64,000 nt of DNA from Bacteroidales bacterium (GTDB lineage: Bacteria > Bacteroidota > Bacteroidia > Bacteroidales > UBA12077). The stretch's first letter is position 1; every line of letters begins with the position of its first letter. Positions 54,219 to 64,000 of the stretch are shown here, one piece after another. The notes beneath the pieces are model-generated. The model had not been told where the DNA came from. It searched no databases and worked only from the letters and a program-made list of their open reading frames with translations. The stretch covers positions 705,451-769,450 of the forward strand of contig OY762280.1 of NCBI GenBank assembly GCA_963665525.1, written 5' to 3'. A program made the translations under genes and the position numbers.

Positions 54219-57200
54219 TTATGTTGAAATCGTTGCAGTCGATTTGGTATTATCATCCCTGTGACGATCAATTAATTTATAATAAGGATCAATTCCAACC
54301 TTACTAGGTTTATGGTCTATAACGAATTCAAAATCTCTATTATTTTCTTCAATTTTAAATTTCTTTAAGAAAATTTCAGTTTCCTTTTTAGTACTGTCGT
54401 TAACTTCTTTCGAGAAAACTGCTATATCAATCCAGTCGTTCAATGGAATTTCTTCTTCTCGACCTAGGCTGTCTGCTCTAAATTTCTGACATTCAACAGA
54501 GAAATTTACTTTGTATTTTCCGTCTTCAAGCTCTTCATAATCTACTTCAGCAACTTTATTTTCAAATAAAGTAATGGTTTCAAACATATCGTGAATTAAA
54601 TATTGAAGCGAATCAGGAGTAACTTCTTTAATGTAATCGATAAACTCAAGTGAGGTAACAAACGGTGGTTCCTGGAAAGCGTAATCTGCCACAAACTTTT
54701 TGAGAGCTTCATTAATTTTATCTTCACCAATATAATCGGCTAATGCATACATCACAACATTTCCTTTTTTATAGTGTAAATAGCCTTGATCCGGGCGTAG
54801 ATATAACAATGGTGGCTCATAATGTGACTCTGTACTTCGTCCACTTAAATAACTATCCATATCGTATTTAACCATATCACGAACCTTTTCAATACCATAA
54901 GCCTTCTCAATAACTTTAAGTGAAGAATATTGACAAAGCACTTCGGATGTTACGGTAGCACCTTCAACAAATGCGCCAATTACCTGGTGTGCCCACCATT
55001 GATGTGCTACTTCATGCGAGGTTACCCAGAATGGATAATTGTTGTCTTCTTCTTCAATTTTTGCTATAAAACCAATGCTTTCACTAAATGGAATCATATT
55101 TGGAAAAGACTGAGCGAAACTAGAAAATCGAGGGAATTCGAAAACTCTTAACTGTCGATATTGGAATGGGCTAAAGTTCTCAGTATAATACTCAAGCGAC
55201 ATTTTCATAGCTTTCATCATATCTTCAAGGTTATATTCATGTCCCTTATGATAGTATATTGCTAAATCAACACCATTCCAGCTATCTTCAACCTTTTCGT
55301 AATCGGCCGATAACCACGATACAAAATTCAGGATCTTACTATCCATCTTGTAATGGAAATATTTACGTCCGTTTTCTTCCCATTCTTTTTCAAGATACCC
55401 TGGAGCAATGGCTGTTTGTTCCGGAATGGTACTGACTACGGTTTCAAATCGAATCCAGTCGCCATCGTTAGAAATATAAGTATTTTGTAGTGCTATGGTA
55501 TCATTTATACTTGCTATGAGTTGCTTTTCGGGCAAATCATATTTCTTCCGTTTTTTCTCATTAGTAAGCTCATAACCTTCATTATAACCAATGGATGGTA
55601 ACATACTACTTGTTAAAAATGAACCATTATGTATTAACCTTGTATTTGAACCACTATTGCGGAAGCCTTTGGTAATCATATTTTGTTCTATAATAACTTT
55701 GGTAGAGTCTCCCGGCATTAATGGTTCTTTAAATTTGCAAATACGGAATTCCATGTTGGTATCATCATAAACAATGTCGAAAGGTTTTTCGAAATCAAAT
55801 TTGATGAGATCTATATTTCCACTATAGTTTACAAAAACAGAATCGATAGGTTTATTCGACTTGTTTTTTACAATGTAGAATCCTTTAAAATAAGCATTAC
55901 GTTTTTTTGGATAGATATCCACATTTATATTCATTTCAACAATTCTTGGTTGATTATATCCCTGGTATTTTTTGTATTGCTTTTCATAATTAACCGATTC
56001 CATTAATCTTTCTTTACTTGTGGTATATTCGTTTAGAATATTGGTATTGTAATAGATATATCCTCCAAGTCCAATAAAAATGATGATGAAAACTGATAAA
56101 GCAATTCTGGTTTTTAGAGTTATTCTTTGTTTAAAGAGTTTTAATCTTTCAGAGAATTTTTTATCATTCCCTCTAACCCAAAGTAAATTTGATAAGATAG
56201 CTAGAATGATAGCAAACGAAATCCAGTAAGCCTTATATATTAAGAATGGTCCTACGAAATGGCCATATCCATTCATGTCGGAATATGCAATTCCTGGGTC
56301 AGAAGCAAAATCATAAAGATTATGTTCTAGTCCCATTCCTCCCATAAAGGAGCTAAATAGATAGTAGAGGATCATTACAAAATGACCGATGTATTTATTA
56401 TTGACAAGTGTATGTACAATAAAAGCCAAAAAGCAAAGTAAGATATAGTCTATCATGGCTACACCATATAAGCCTTTGATGTACAGTCCAATTTCAAAAT
56501 TGAAATATCCCATTACGGCTTGTGCAATAATACCAATAAACATTATAATTGTCATTAAGATAACTTGCACTGAAAAAAGAGCTGAAAGTTTCGATGTGTA
56601 AATAGTCCAAGTAGGTATAGGCAACGAGTCAACAATTTCATTTACTTTAAATGACCTTTCGTTCCATACAATTTCGCCCGATAAGAAGGTTATTATAATT
56701 AGCACAAACAGGGTAAATGTTGCCCCTAGTATTTCAATAACCTGATATGTTACAGGGTAAGTAGTTGTTCCGTAGAATCTACCCAGTTGAGCTGTATTAA
56801 TCATGATAAACAAAATACCTGTAGCTAAGATGCCTAAAAAATAAGGATTCTTAATGAGATTTTTGGTTTCAAATTTAATAAGCCTAATAAGTTGACTAAT
56901 CCTTGCTTTTGTAGAAAAAACCTGATTTACTTTAGGAAGTTTAAGCTTGAATAATTTATGAACAGGATTAATGTTTGCAAATATCATCCTCGAATTTTTT
57001 CTAAAGCGTAATTGAAATACACTTTGAGAAAATTTGAAGCGAATCAATAAAATTGAAAATACGACTACAGCAACAGAACTCCAAATTAAACGGTTAAACA
57101 GTAATAGCCAGGTAAACGGAATGAGCATTTCGTTTTTCTCTGTTACTGTCCAGTATTTTGTTAGTGTTTCAAACGCTGTTCCTCCAAAAGGATCAATTAG

Positions 57201-57839
57201 CGAAGAAAGGGTGGTGTTTTCAATGTCACTGATCAAGCTACCAGCAACTCCATATAATACTAATAAAGCAATGCAACCTAAATAAGTTGCAAGAAGATTT
57301 CTGGAGATAGCAGCAATTGTAAAAATTAGAATTCCTACAATTAAGATATTTGGAATAACATTGGATAAATAAGGACTTATATAAGCCATAAACTGATTGT
57401 CACCAAAGAAATCTCTGTTTAAATACGGCATTAACGATGCCATATACATTCCTAAGCCAATACTTGAAAAAACAAAAATCGCGGCAATAAATCCACCAAA
57501 AAATCTTCCTCCCAAATATCCAAACTTACTCATCGGATATGAGAATAAAAGTGCATGTGTATTATTTTCGTAATCTCTATAGATCGAATTTCCTACGAGA
57601 GCAGGAAGAAGAATTAAGGCCATAAAGCTTAAGCCAGTTACCATGTTGTATATAACAAAAGGCGAATTGGTAAGAACTTTGCCTCCCATACCTCCAATAG
57701 ATACTGATACTCCATCAATTAAACCACTGAATGCATTAATGATAAGAAAAGTTAAGGCAAATAAAATTCCCCAGTAGATATATACAGCTGGTCGACGGAA
57801 TTTATATTTTAATTCAAATGATAATATTCTGAAAAACAT
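54219..57839 (-). CDS. ABC-2-type multi-pass permease fused to an M1-family aminopeptidase domain (zinc site intact)
   Basis: 1206 aa. Roughly a dozen hydrophobic helices in the first ~600 aa, then a soluble domain with HEVAH (nt 55002-55016) in WVTSHEVAHQWWAH, followed about 20 residues later by a Glu (TSEVLCQY). Lies 16 nt downstream of an ABC ATPase gene. Confidence 0.75.
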   Translation of the reverse strand: MFFRILSFELKYKFRRPAVYIYWGILFALTFLIINAFSGLIDGVSVSIGGMGGKVLTNSPFVIYNMVTGLSFMALILLPALVGNSIYRDYENNTHALLFSYPMSKFGYLGGRFFGGFIAAIFVFSSIGLGMYMASLMPYLNRDFFGDNQFMAYISPYLSNVIPNILIVGILIFTIAAISRNLLATYLGCIALLVLYGVAGSLISDIENTTLSSLIDPFGGTAFETLTKYWTVTEKNEMLIPFTWLLLFNRLIWSSVAVVVFSILLIRFKFSQSVFQLRFRKNSRMIFANINPVHKLFKLKLPKVNQVFSTKARISQLIRLIKFETKNLIKNPYFLGILATGILFIMINTAQLGRFYGTTTYPVTYQVIEILGATFTLFVLIIITFLSGEIVWNERSFKVNEIVDSLPIPTWTIYTSKLSALFSVQVILMTIIMFIGIIAQAVMGYFNFEIGLYIKGLYGVAMIDYILLCFLAFIVHTLVNNKYIGHFVMILYYLFSSFMGGMGLEHNLYDFASDPGIAYSDMNGYGHFVGPFLIYKAYWISFAIILAILSNLLWVRGNDKKFSERLKLFKQRITLKTRIALSVFIIIFIGLGGYIYYNTNILNEYTTSKERLMESVNYEKQYKKYQGYNQPRIVEMNINVDIYPKKRNAYFKGFYIVKNKSNKPIDSVFVNYSGNIDLIKFDFEKPFDIVYDDTNMEFRICKFKEPLMPGDSTKVIIEQNMITKGFRNSGSNTRLIHNGSFLTSSMLPSIGYNEGYELTNEKKRKKYDLPEKQLIASINDTIALQNTYISNDGDWIRFETVVSTIPEQTAIAPGYLEKEWEENGRKYFHYKMDSKILNFVSWLSADYEKVEDSWNGVDLAIYYHKGHEYNLEDMMKAMKMSLEYYTENFSPFQYRQLRVFEFPRFSSFAQSFPNMIPFSESIGFIAKIEEEDNNYPFWVTSHEVAHQWWAHQVIGAFVEGATVTSEVLCQYSSLKVIEKAYGIEKVRDMVKYDMDSYLSGRSTESHYEPPLLYLRPDQGYLHYKKGNVVMYALADYIGEDKINEALKKFVADYAFQEPPFVTSLEFIDYIKEVTPDSLQYLIHDMFETITLFENKVAEVDYEELEDGKYKVNFSVECQKFRADSLGREEEIPLNDWIDIAVFSKEVNDSTKKETEIFLKKFKIEENNRDFEFVIDHKPSKVGIDPYYKLIDRHRDDNTKSTATIST

Positions 57840-57855
57840 ATTTTTAGCGATTTAA

Positions 57856-58740
57856 TTAAACATGAACTGTTTCTTTTACTTTTTTTATGGATGAAAAGTA
57901 AACATCTTCCAATGTTGGAGTTACCTGTTCAAAAGAATCAGGATTTATGTCGCTAAAAGCATGAATAATGATTTTCCCGGTATATAATCGTGATGAAATA
58001 ATGTTATATTTCTCCTGATGTTCTTTCAGTTCATTTTTCTCAATAACCTTTTCCCATATTTTACCTTCAACATTTTTAATTAAATCAGCAGGCTCACCTT
58101 GAAGTAATAGCTGACCTTCATTTATAATAGCCATGTTTTTACATAAATCGCTTACATCATCTACGATGTGTGTTGAAAGAATAACAATGATATTTTCACC
58201 AATTTCGCTTAATAAGTTATGAAAACGATTTCTTTCAGCAGGATCTAAACCAGCTGTAGGCTCATCTACTATGATTAGTTTTGGGTTTCCAATCAAAGCT
58301 TGGGCAATACCAAAACGTTGCTTCATACCTCCCGAATATCCGCTCAGGTTTTTCTTTCTAACATGATAAAGGTTTGTTTGTTCTAATAAAGATTTAACAA
58401 GCTCTTTACGTTCTTTTTTATCTATAACTCCTTTTAATTCTGCAAAATGATCCAATAGCATTTCCGCTGATATCTTAGGATATACACCAAACTCTTGAGG
58501 TAAATAACCTAGTTGTTTTCTCACTTCATCTTTTTGTTTTAAGACATTCATTCCATCCAGAGTAACATTGCCTTGATCTGCTTCTTGCAAGGTTGCAATA
58601 GTTCGCATTAAGGTTGATTTCCCAGCTCCGTTTGGACCGAGTAGTCCAAACATGCCTTTGGGTATTGTTAAATCAACATTTTTTAAAGCCTGTACTCCGT
58701 TAGGGTAAGTCTTTGATAGACCAGAAATTTTTAATTCCAT
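57856..58740 (-). CDS. ABC transporter ATP-binding protein (paralog of 11091-11999)
   Basis: 294 aa. Walker A GPNGAGKS, signature YSGGMKQR, Walker B LIIVDEPTAGLD, H-loop STHIV. Confidence 0.9.
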   Translation of the reverse strand: MELKISGLSKTYPNGVQALKNVDLTIPKGMFGLLGPNGAGKSTLMRTIATLQEADQGNVTLDGMNVLKQKDEVRKQLGYLPQEFGVYPKISAEMLLDHFAELKGVIDKKERKELVKSLLEQTNLYHVRKKNLSGYSGGMKQRFGIAQALIGNPKLIIVDEPTAGLDPAERNRFHNLLSEIGENIIVILSTHIVDDVSDLCKNMAIINEGQLLLQGEPADLIKNVEGKIWEKVIEKNELKEHQEKYNIISSRLYTGKIIIHAFSDINPDSFEQVTPTLEDVYFSSIKKVKETVHV

Positions 58741-59002
58741 TGTATTTTGTTATTAAATTATGTGTTAAGTTAATGACGATTGATTGTATAGTTAGTTACA
58801 GCAAATGGTAATTTATTACATTTTTCAGGATTAAAATTAATAAGAATATAGATTACAAATAAAATTAAATGAAAAGCATGGTAAGATTTATTTATAGCAA
58901 ATGTATTTTCATATCTAAAACCTTTTGTTAAAATTAATGTTTTAAAATTGACTACAATCATATAATGTTATAAGTTTACATTACATAATGATAGGATAAG
59001 AT

Positions 59003-59488
59003 ATGAAAAATATAAAAAATATAATTGTCATTTTATTGCTGTTTCTTGCAGGTTGTGCTACGAAACAAAAAAGTACTCAAGTTAATACATTAAATAATAA
59101 AGAAACAAAGTTAATTGAGATTGGCATTATAGAAAAGAGCGATAAGCTTGTTTTTAATGTAAAAAATATTTCTGATGCACCCATTGACTTTTTTCAACTA
59201 AATAAACTACAGATTGAAAAATATATTGATGGAGAATGGAAAGGATTAAGAATCTTAGCTTGTCCTTGCGATGCACCATGCAATGCTCCATCTGAAAGGA
59301 CAGAACTTAAAAAAGAAGAATCTTATGAAATTATCTGGAATAAGCAAGAAAGTTGGTGTGGTACTGAAAGAATAGGGCATGTTAGGAATATAGTAAGACA
59401 AGATGTCGAAGAGGGAAAGTATAGAATCAAAATTTCTTTTTATAAAGGAAATGCAATAGAGACTACGTTCAAGGAATTTTCAATATAA
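59003..59488 (+). CDS. Small lipoprotein of unknown function (Cys-containing beta-sandwich-like)
   Basis: 161 aa. Lipobox LFLAGCATKQ. Cys cluster LACPCDAPCNAPSE...WCGTE. No family recognised. Confidence 0.5.
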   Translation: MKNIKNIIVILLLFLAGCATKQKSTQVNTLNNKETKLIEIGIIEKSDKLVFNVKNISDAPIDFFQLNKLQIEKYIDGEWKGLRILACPCDAPCNAPSERTELKKEESYEIIWNKQESWCGTERIGHVRNIVRQDVEEGKYRIKISFYKGNAIETTFKEFSI

Positions 59489-59509
59489 ATCATTAAACAG
59501 GATAGGGAT

Positions 59510-62500
59510 ATGAAAACAAAATTACTTTTAATTGTATTGGCATTTTTAACCTTAAATGTAAAAGCACAACCATGGTTGCCTGTGCTTGAGAAAGAGGCTA
59601 ATACAAAAGCAGAACTTACTTTTTACGATATTCAGAAAATAGTCAATAAGTATTATAAAGATGATCATTTTGATAAAGGCTATTATTATATTGAAGGGAA
59701 AAAGAGTAAAGCTCCCGGCTGGAAACAGTTTAAACGTTGGGAATGGTATTGGGATACAAGAGTTGATGTTAAAACAGGTGAATTTCCTAAAACATCTAGC
59801 GTAATTGAAAAGGAGAAATTTCTAAATGACAATCCAAAAGCAAAATCTGTGTCAGGAAATTGGCAGGCATTGGGACCAAATTTATCGGATGGTGGATATG
59901 CTGGCATAGGAAGAATTAATTGTATTTCATTTCATCCTTCAGATACGAATACATATTGGGTCGGTGCACCGTCTGGTGGCTTATGGAAAACAACAGACGA
60001 TGGAGAAAACTGGACAGTTTTTACCGATGAAAATAGTGTGTTGGGTATAAGTGATATTGCAATACCTTCCGATTATGAAACAACCAATACGATTTATATT
60101 GCTACAGGAGATAGAGATGGAGGTTCTGTTTGGACACTAGGAGGTGCCCAGCATTATGATAATCATACCATTGGTGTTTTAAAATCAACAGATGGTGGTA
60201 CAACCTGGAACGAAACAGGATTAGATTATACTGTTGATGAGTCTTCAATCATAGGGCGATTATTGATTGATACTACCGATAATATAACTTTATATGCATC
60301 TTCAAATACAGGAATATATAAAACTACAAACGGAGGAGTAGATTGGACTAAGGTTTTAACTGCAGATTATGTTATTGATATGGAGTTTAAACCAGGAGAT
60401 CCAAATACAATTTATGCATCAACAATAGCATGGAACAGTTCAAAAATATATCGAACAATTAATGGAGGAGATAACTGGACTGAAGTAAAGAATTTTAGTA
60501 CTGGTTCAAGACGTACAGAGTTAGCTGTTACAGATGATGATCCCGAGTATGTATATGCTTTAGTATCCAATACAAGCGGTGGATTACGTGGGATTTATAA
60601 GTCAAGAGATGGGGGCGATAATTTTGAAGAAACATTTAGTGGTACTGGTACAGATCATAGTTTATTGTATTATTATAGTGATGGATCAGGAGATAATTCA
60701 GGGCAAGGAAGTTATGATCTGGCTATAGCAGTTGCTCCTAATGATACGAATACTATTATTATTGGAGGTGTTAATTCGTGGAAATCGGAAGATGGAGGTT
60801 ACACCTGGAATATTAATAATATGTGGACATCTCATGCTAGTTATAATTTTGTAGGAGCACCTGCTGTACATGCTGATAAGCACGTTTTAAAATATAGAGA
60901 CACACTGGCATTGTTTGAGGGTAATGATGGAGGAATTTATAAAACAAACAATGAAGGTATAGATTGGACCGACTTAACAGATGGAATGGTCATAAGCCAG
61001 TTTTATCGATTAAGTACATCTCAGTCTTCAGCTAATATGGTTATTGGGGGCTTGCAGGATAATGGTACCAAATTGTTATATACCGATGGAAATTGGTATG
61101 ATGTAAAAGGAGGGGATGGAATGGAATGTATTATTGATCCAACAAATGATAATTACCAATATGGAACTTATATTGATGGTGAAATAGAACGGACAACGGA
61201 TGGATGGTATTTGAGTGAAAATAGAACAATTATTTCTGATAATATTGCTGATGCTGATGGTGGTTGGTGGGTTTCTCCATATATGTTAGATCCAAATAAT
61301 TCGCAAATACTTTATGTGGGTTATAATGATGTTTGGAAATCGACAGATAGAGGAGATAGTTTTACTCAAATTTCATCAATGAACAGTAGCGATAATTTAA
61401 GATCGATGGCTATGTCACCTGCAAATAGTAGTGTTTTATATGTGGCAGATAGATATAATATTTGGAAAACCGATAATGGAGGGACATCCTGGACGGATAT
61501 AACAGGTACTTTGCCTGGAGCATATGCTATTACCAATATTGCAGTTAAGCATACAAGTGCAGATACGCTTTGGGTTACCTTCGGAGGTTACGATGCCAAC
61601 AGAATATATGAATCTACTGATGGAGGTTCGTCGTGGTCAAATATCTCTGCTGGTTTGCCAAATTTACCAGTGTTCTCAGTTATTCAAAATCGACAAGTGC
61701 TAGATTCTGTTTCATTATATTTAGGTACCGATATGGGAGTCTTTGTTAAAAACGGCAATGATAATTGGACGATGTTTAGTGAGGGATTGCCAAATGTAAT
61801 GGTTACTGAACTTGATATTTATTATGATGATGTTACTCCTGAAAATAGCCGATTAAGAGCTGCAACATTTGGAAGAGGATTATGGGAATCTGATTTGTTC
61901 AGTGAACCTGAAATAACAGTGGATGATATTAATGAAATATTTTATATTTCTGAAACAGTTACTGATGAGGCTGATATAACATTTAAGATCTATACAACAT
62001 TCTCTTCCAATACTTTTACTGCATATTTATCTGATGAAACCGGAGATTTTTCATCCGAAACAGCAATAGGTACTTTAACATCAGATAATGAAGGGACTAT
62101 AATTTGTACTATTCCTGCAAATATACTATCTGGAACAGAATATAAAGTAAGAGTGAAATCTTCTAATCCGATTTATACAAGTGCGGCAAGTAATGCATTC
62201 GAAATTGTTTTAGATAATATTGCTCCAACCGTTAGTATCACATCATCAGAAAGTGGAACAACATCAACAAATCCATTTGATATAGATATTGAATTTAGTG
62301 AGAAAGTATATGGTTTTGAACAAACGGATGTTGTTATTGCGAATGCTACTATTTCCGATTTTGATGATTCATCGGCTCCTGTATATACACTTGCAATTTC
62401 TCCAACAGCAAGTGGTAGTATTACTATTGATGTGCCAGAAAATTCTGCTACTGATTCTATAGGCAATCAGAATACTGCAGCAAGTCAGTGGTCCATATCA

Positions 62501-62764
62501 TATACTGCTACAGGAATTGAAGATTTTGATAACTTAGGTATTAATATCTTTCCAAACCCTTCGAATGGTAAGTTTACTGTTGAGTTTAATAAAGAAAAAA
62601 CAGGAGATATAATTATTTATAATTTGTCAGGAAAGAAAGTTTACCATGAACAATTAAGTGAAAAATCTCAAGAAATTGATTTGAGTTCTTTGCCAAAGGG
62701 AGTTTATATTCTTCGGTTGAATATTGATAAGAATGAGCTTTCAACAAAATTACTTATTAAATAA
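59510..62764 (+). CDS. Large secreted BNR/Asp-box repeat (sortilin/VPS10- or Ycf48-like double propeller) protein with Ig-like domain and T9SS C-terminal sorting domain
   Basis: 1084 aa. Signal peptide. At least 10 Asp-box-type motifs (TTDDGENWT, STDGGTTWN, TTNGGVDWT, TINGGDNWT, SRDGGDNFE, SEDGGYTWN, TNNEGIDWT, STDRGDSFT, TDNGGTSWT, STDGGSSWS). Ig-like segment (APTVSITSSESGTTSTNPFDIDIEFSEKV). CTD (IFPNPSNGKFTVEF...LPKGVYILRLNIDKNELSTKLLIK). Confidence 0.75.
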   Translation: MKTKLLLIVLAFLTLNVKAQPWLPVLEKEANTKAELTFYDIQKIVNKYYKDDHFDKGYYYIEGKKSKAPGWKQFKRWEWYWDTRVDVKTGEFPKTSSVIEKEKFLNDNPKAKSVSGNWQALGPNLSDGGYAGIGRINCISFHPSDTNTYWVGAPSGGLWKTTDDGENWTVFTDENSVLGISDIAIPSDYETTNTIYIATGDRDGGSVWTLGGAQHYDNHTIGVLKSTDGGTTWNETGLDYTVDESSIIGRLLIDTTDNITLYASSNTGIYKTTNGGVDWTKVLTADYVIDMEFKPGDPNTIYASTIAWNSSKIYRTINGGDNWTEVKNFSTGSRRTELAVTDDDPEYVYALVSNTSGGLRGIYKSRDGGDNFEETFSGTGTDHSLLYYYSDGSGDNSGQGSYDLAIAVAPNDTNTIIIGGVNSWKSEDGGYTWNINNMWTSHASYNFVGAPAVHADKHVLKYRDTLALFEGNDGGIYKTNNEGIDWTDLTDGMVISQFYRLSTSQSSANMVIGGLQDNGTKLLYTDGNWYDVKGGDGMECIIDPTNDNYQYGTYIDGEIERTTDGWYLSENRTIISDNIADADGGWWVSPYMLDPNNSQILYVGYNDVWKSTDRGDSFTQISSMNSSDNLRSMAMSPANSSVLYVADRYNIWKTDNGGTSWTDITGTLPGAYAITNIAVKHTSADTLWVTFGGYDANRIYESTDGGSSWSNISAGLPNLPVFSVIQNRQVLDSVSLYLGTDMGVFVKNGNDNWTMFSEGLPNVMVTELDIYYDDVTPENSRLRAATFGRGLWESDLFSEPEITVDDINEIFYISETVTDEADITFKIYTTFSSNTFTAYLSDETGDFSSETAIGTLTSDNEGTIICTIPANILSGTEYKVRVKSSNPIYTSAASNAFEIVLDNIAPTVSITSSESGTTSTNPFDIDIEFSEKVYGFEQTDVVIANATISDFDDSSAPVYTLAISPTASGSITIDVPENSATDSIGNQNTAASQWSISYTATGIEDFDNLGINIFPNPSNGKFTVEFNKEKTGDIIIYNLSGKKVYHEQLSEKSQEIDLSSLPKGVYILRLNIDKNELSTKLLIK

Positions 62765-62784
62765 TCATTTATCATTTTATAACT

Positions 62785-62820
62785 AAAGAGCCCTTAGTAT
62801 AATAAGGGCTCTTTTCTTTT
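62785..62820 (+). terminator. Rho-independent terminator after the BNR-repeat gene
   Basis: 12-bp perfect stem AAAGAGCCCTTA (62785-62796) / TAAGGGCTCTTT (62803-62814) with a 6-nt loop, followed by a T-rich run. Confidence 0.8.
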
Positions 62821-62935
62821 ACTAATAATTTAAAAATTAGGTTGTAGAATAGAAAAAAGCTTTAACTTTGCCTCGCTAAATTATGATATTTCTCATGATT
62901 TTAATGTGATCTGTTATATTATTAAAATAGAGCAT

Positions 62936-64000
62936 ATGATTAATACACAGTATAAAGAGAATGTAGCTTTAATTACCAAAGATAAGTCTTATACTTATCT
63001 TCAACTTTTTGAGAAGATTAATCAGTATTCGCAGCTTTTCGAAAAGAAAACATATCAAAGAATAGCTATACATTCAGAGAATAGAGAAGAGTGGGTGTTT
63101 GCGTTTTATGCAAGCTGGAAGTATAATTGTATTGTTGTTCCAATCGATTTTTTATCATCAGTTGATGATGTATCATATATATTAAATGATTGTACTCCGG
63201 ATCTGGTATTCATTAGTAATGAGACTGCTAAAAAATTTGAAAAGGTTCAAGAGAAATTAGAGTATACGCCAGAAATTCAGAGTTTCGATGAACTATCATT
63301 GGCTGAAACGAAGAGTGAATTTGCCTGGAATGTTTCGGCGAATAAAGAAGAAACAGCAGTTATAATATATACTTCAGGAACAACAGGAAGTCCTAAAGGC
63401 GTTATGCTTAGCTATAAAAATTTATTGGCAAATGTTGATGCAGTGTCTAATAAAGTAAGAATATTTACGAAAGATAGACAAACACTATTATTACTTCCTT
63501 TACATCATATTTTTCCTTTAGCAGGCTCAATGATGGCACCTCTTTTTGTGGGTGGAACAATTGTGATGTCTCCTTCGATGCAATCGTCCGATTTATTGGA
63601 AACCTTAAAGAGTAATAAGGTGAATATTATGATTGGAGTCCCAAGATTGTATGATTTATTATATAAAGGATTAAAAGCAAAGATTTATGCTTCGTTTGTA
63701 GGTAAAGTTGTTTTTAATATAGTGAAGGCATTACATTCTAAAAAAATTGCCAAGAAGGTTTTAAAGAAAGTTCATGAAGGTTTTGGAGGACAACTTACTT
63801 ATCTTGTTGCAGGTGGAGCAGCATTGAACAAAGAAACAGGAAGTTTTTTTCATGCTTTAGGATTTGAAGTATTAGAAGGCTTTGGAATGACAGAAGCAGC
63901 ACCCATGATAACTTTTACACGACCTGGGAAAGTTAAGATAGGATCTCCAGGACATGTTTTACCTGGTTTATCAGTTGAAATTAGAGATGGCGAGATATGT
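62936..64000 (+). CDS. AMP-dependent synthetase/ligase (long-chain acyl-CoA ligase-like), N-terminal 355 codons; 3' end outside the window
   Basis: Absent from the ORF track because it is open to the window end. ATG at 62936, in frame through nt 64000. Reads MINTQYKENVALITKDKSYTYLQL... with the AMP-binding core motif IIYTSGTTGSPKGVMLS and, later, EGFGMTEAAP. Confidence 0.8.
   Translation, partial: MINTQYKENVALITKDKSYTYLQLFEKINQYSQLFEKKTYQRIAIHSENREEWVFAFYASWKYNCIVVPIDFLSSVDDVSYILNDCTPDLVFISNETAKKFEKVQEKLEYTPEIQSFDELSLAETKSEFAWNVSANKEETAVIIYTSGTTGSPKGVMLSYKNLLANVDAVSNKVRIFTKDRQTLLLLPLHHIFPLAGSMMAPLFVGGTIVMSPSMQSSDLLETLKSNKVNIMIGVPRLYDLLYKGLKAKIYASFVGKVVFNIVKALHSKKIAKKVLKKVHEGFGGQLTYLVAGGAALNKETGSFFHALGFEVLEGFGMTEAAPMITFTRPGKVKIGSPGHVLPGLSVEIRDGEIC

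Noticed and set aside
58770-58961. A 63-aa minus-strand ORF with one hydrophobic stretch, 30 nt upstream of the second ABC ATPase gene.
   Set aside because: It lies in a very AT-rich divergent promoter region where random ORFs of this size are expected. There is no family resemblance and no paralog upstream of the first ABC ATPase gene. It cannot be excluded as a small membrane protein, but it is unsupported.
1-64000. Looked for tRNA/rRNA genes, CRISPR repeats, transposases, integrases, phage genes, toxin-antitoxin pairs and known defence-system hallmarks.
   Set aside because: No regularly spaced short direct repeats, no tRNA-like T-arm motifs in the intergenic regions, and no ORF with recombinase, nuclease or helicase motifs were seen. 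The only P-loop proteins are two ABC ATPases and four sigma-54 activators.

Overview
AT-rich, gene-dense segment with 37 CDS, two of them cut by the window edges. It looks Bacteroidota-like: T9SS C-terminal sorting domains, TAnnTTTG-type promoter boxes and the mix of gene families. I recognised no rRNA, tRNA, CRISPR array, transposase or integrase.

- **Left end (1-15358, minus strand):** a tightly packed string of ABC ATPase -> 7-TM permease fused to a large M1-like ectodomain that lacks HExxH -> TolC-like OMP -> MFP adaptor -> two tandem RND pumps. An ACE/M2-like metallopeptidase gene and an S41 peptidase gene lie just beyond it (12211-15358).
- **Centre (15452-36569):** four tandem, diverged copies of a ~5.3-kb cassette. 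Each copy has a short-loop 2-TM histidine kinase and a sigma-54-dependent NtrC-type response regulator. These are divergently transcribed from a ~790-aa double-FtsX (MacB-like) permease with no ATPase partner. Cassette junctions are 0-1 nt.
- **36714-48317:** two more orphan FtsX permeases (38658, 45903). The first follows a T9SS cargo protein, and the two bracket an operon of four periplasmic PD40/TolB-like proteins, one of them ankyrin-fused.
- **Right part:** an operon of secreted hydrolase-TPR, FG-GAP and MBL proteins plus an AraC/GyrI regulator whose start codon sits inside a 13-bp hairpin. Then a second ABC ATPase + permease-M1 fusion with an intact HEVAH site, a lipoprotein, a 1084-aa BNR-repeat T9SS protein, and a truncated acyl-CoA ligase.

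The best candidate for an undescribed system is the amplified sigma-54 two-component / orphan FtsX permease array. Its logic resembles Bce-type transporter-coupled sensing modules, but its parts differ. All functional calls come from motifs read by eye in the translations; no database search was possible.
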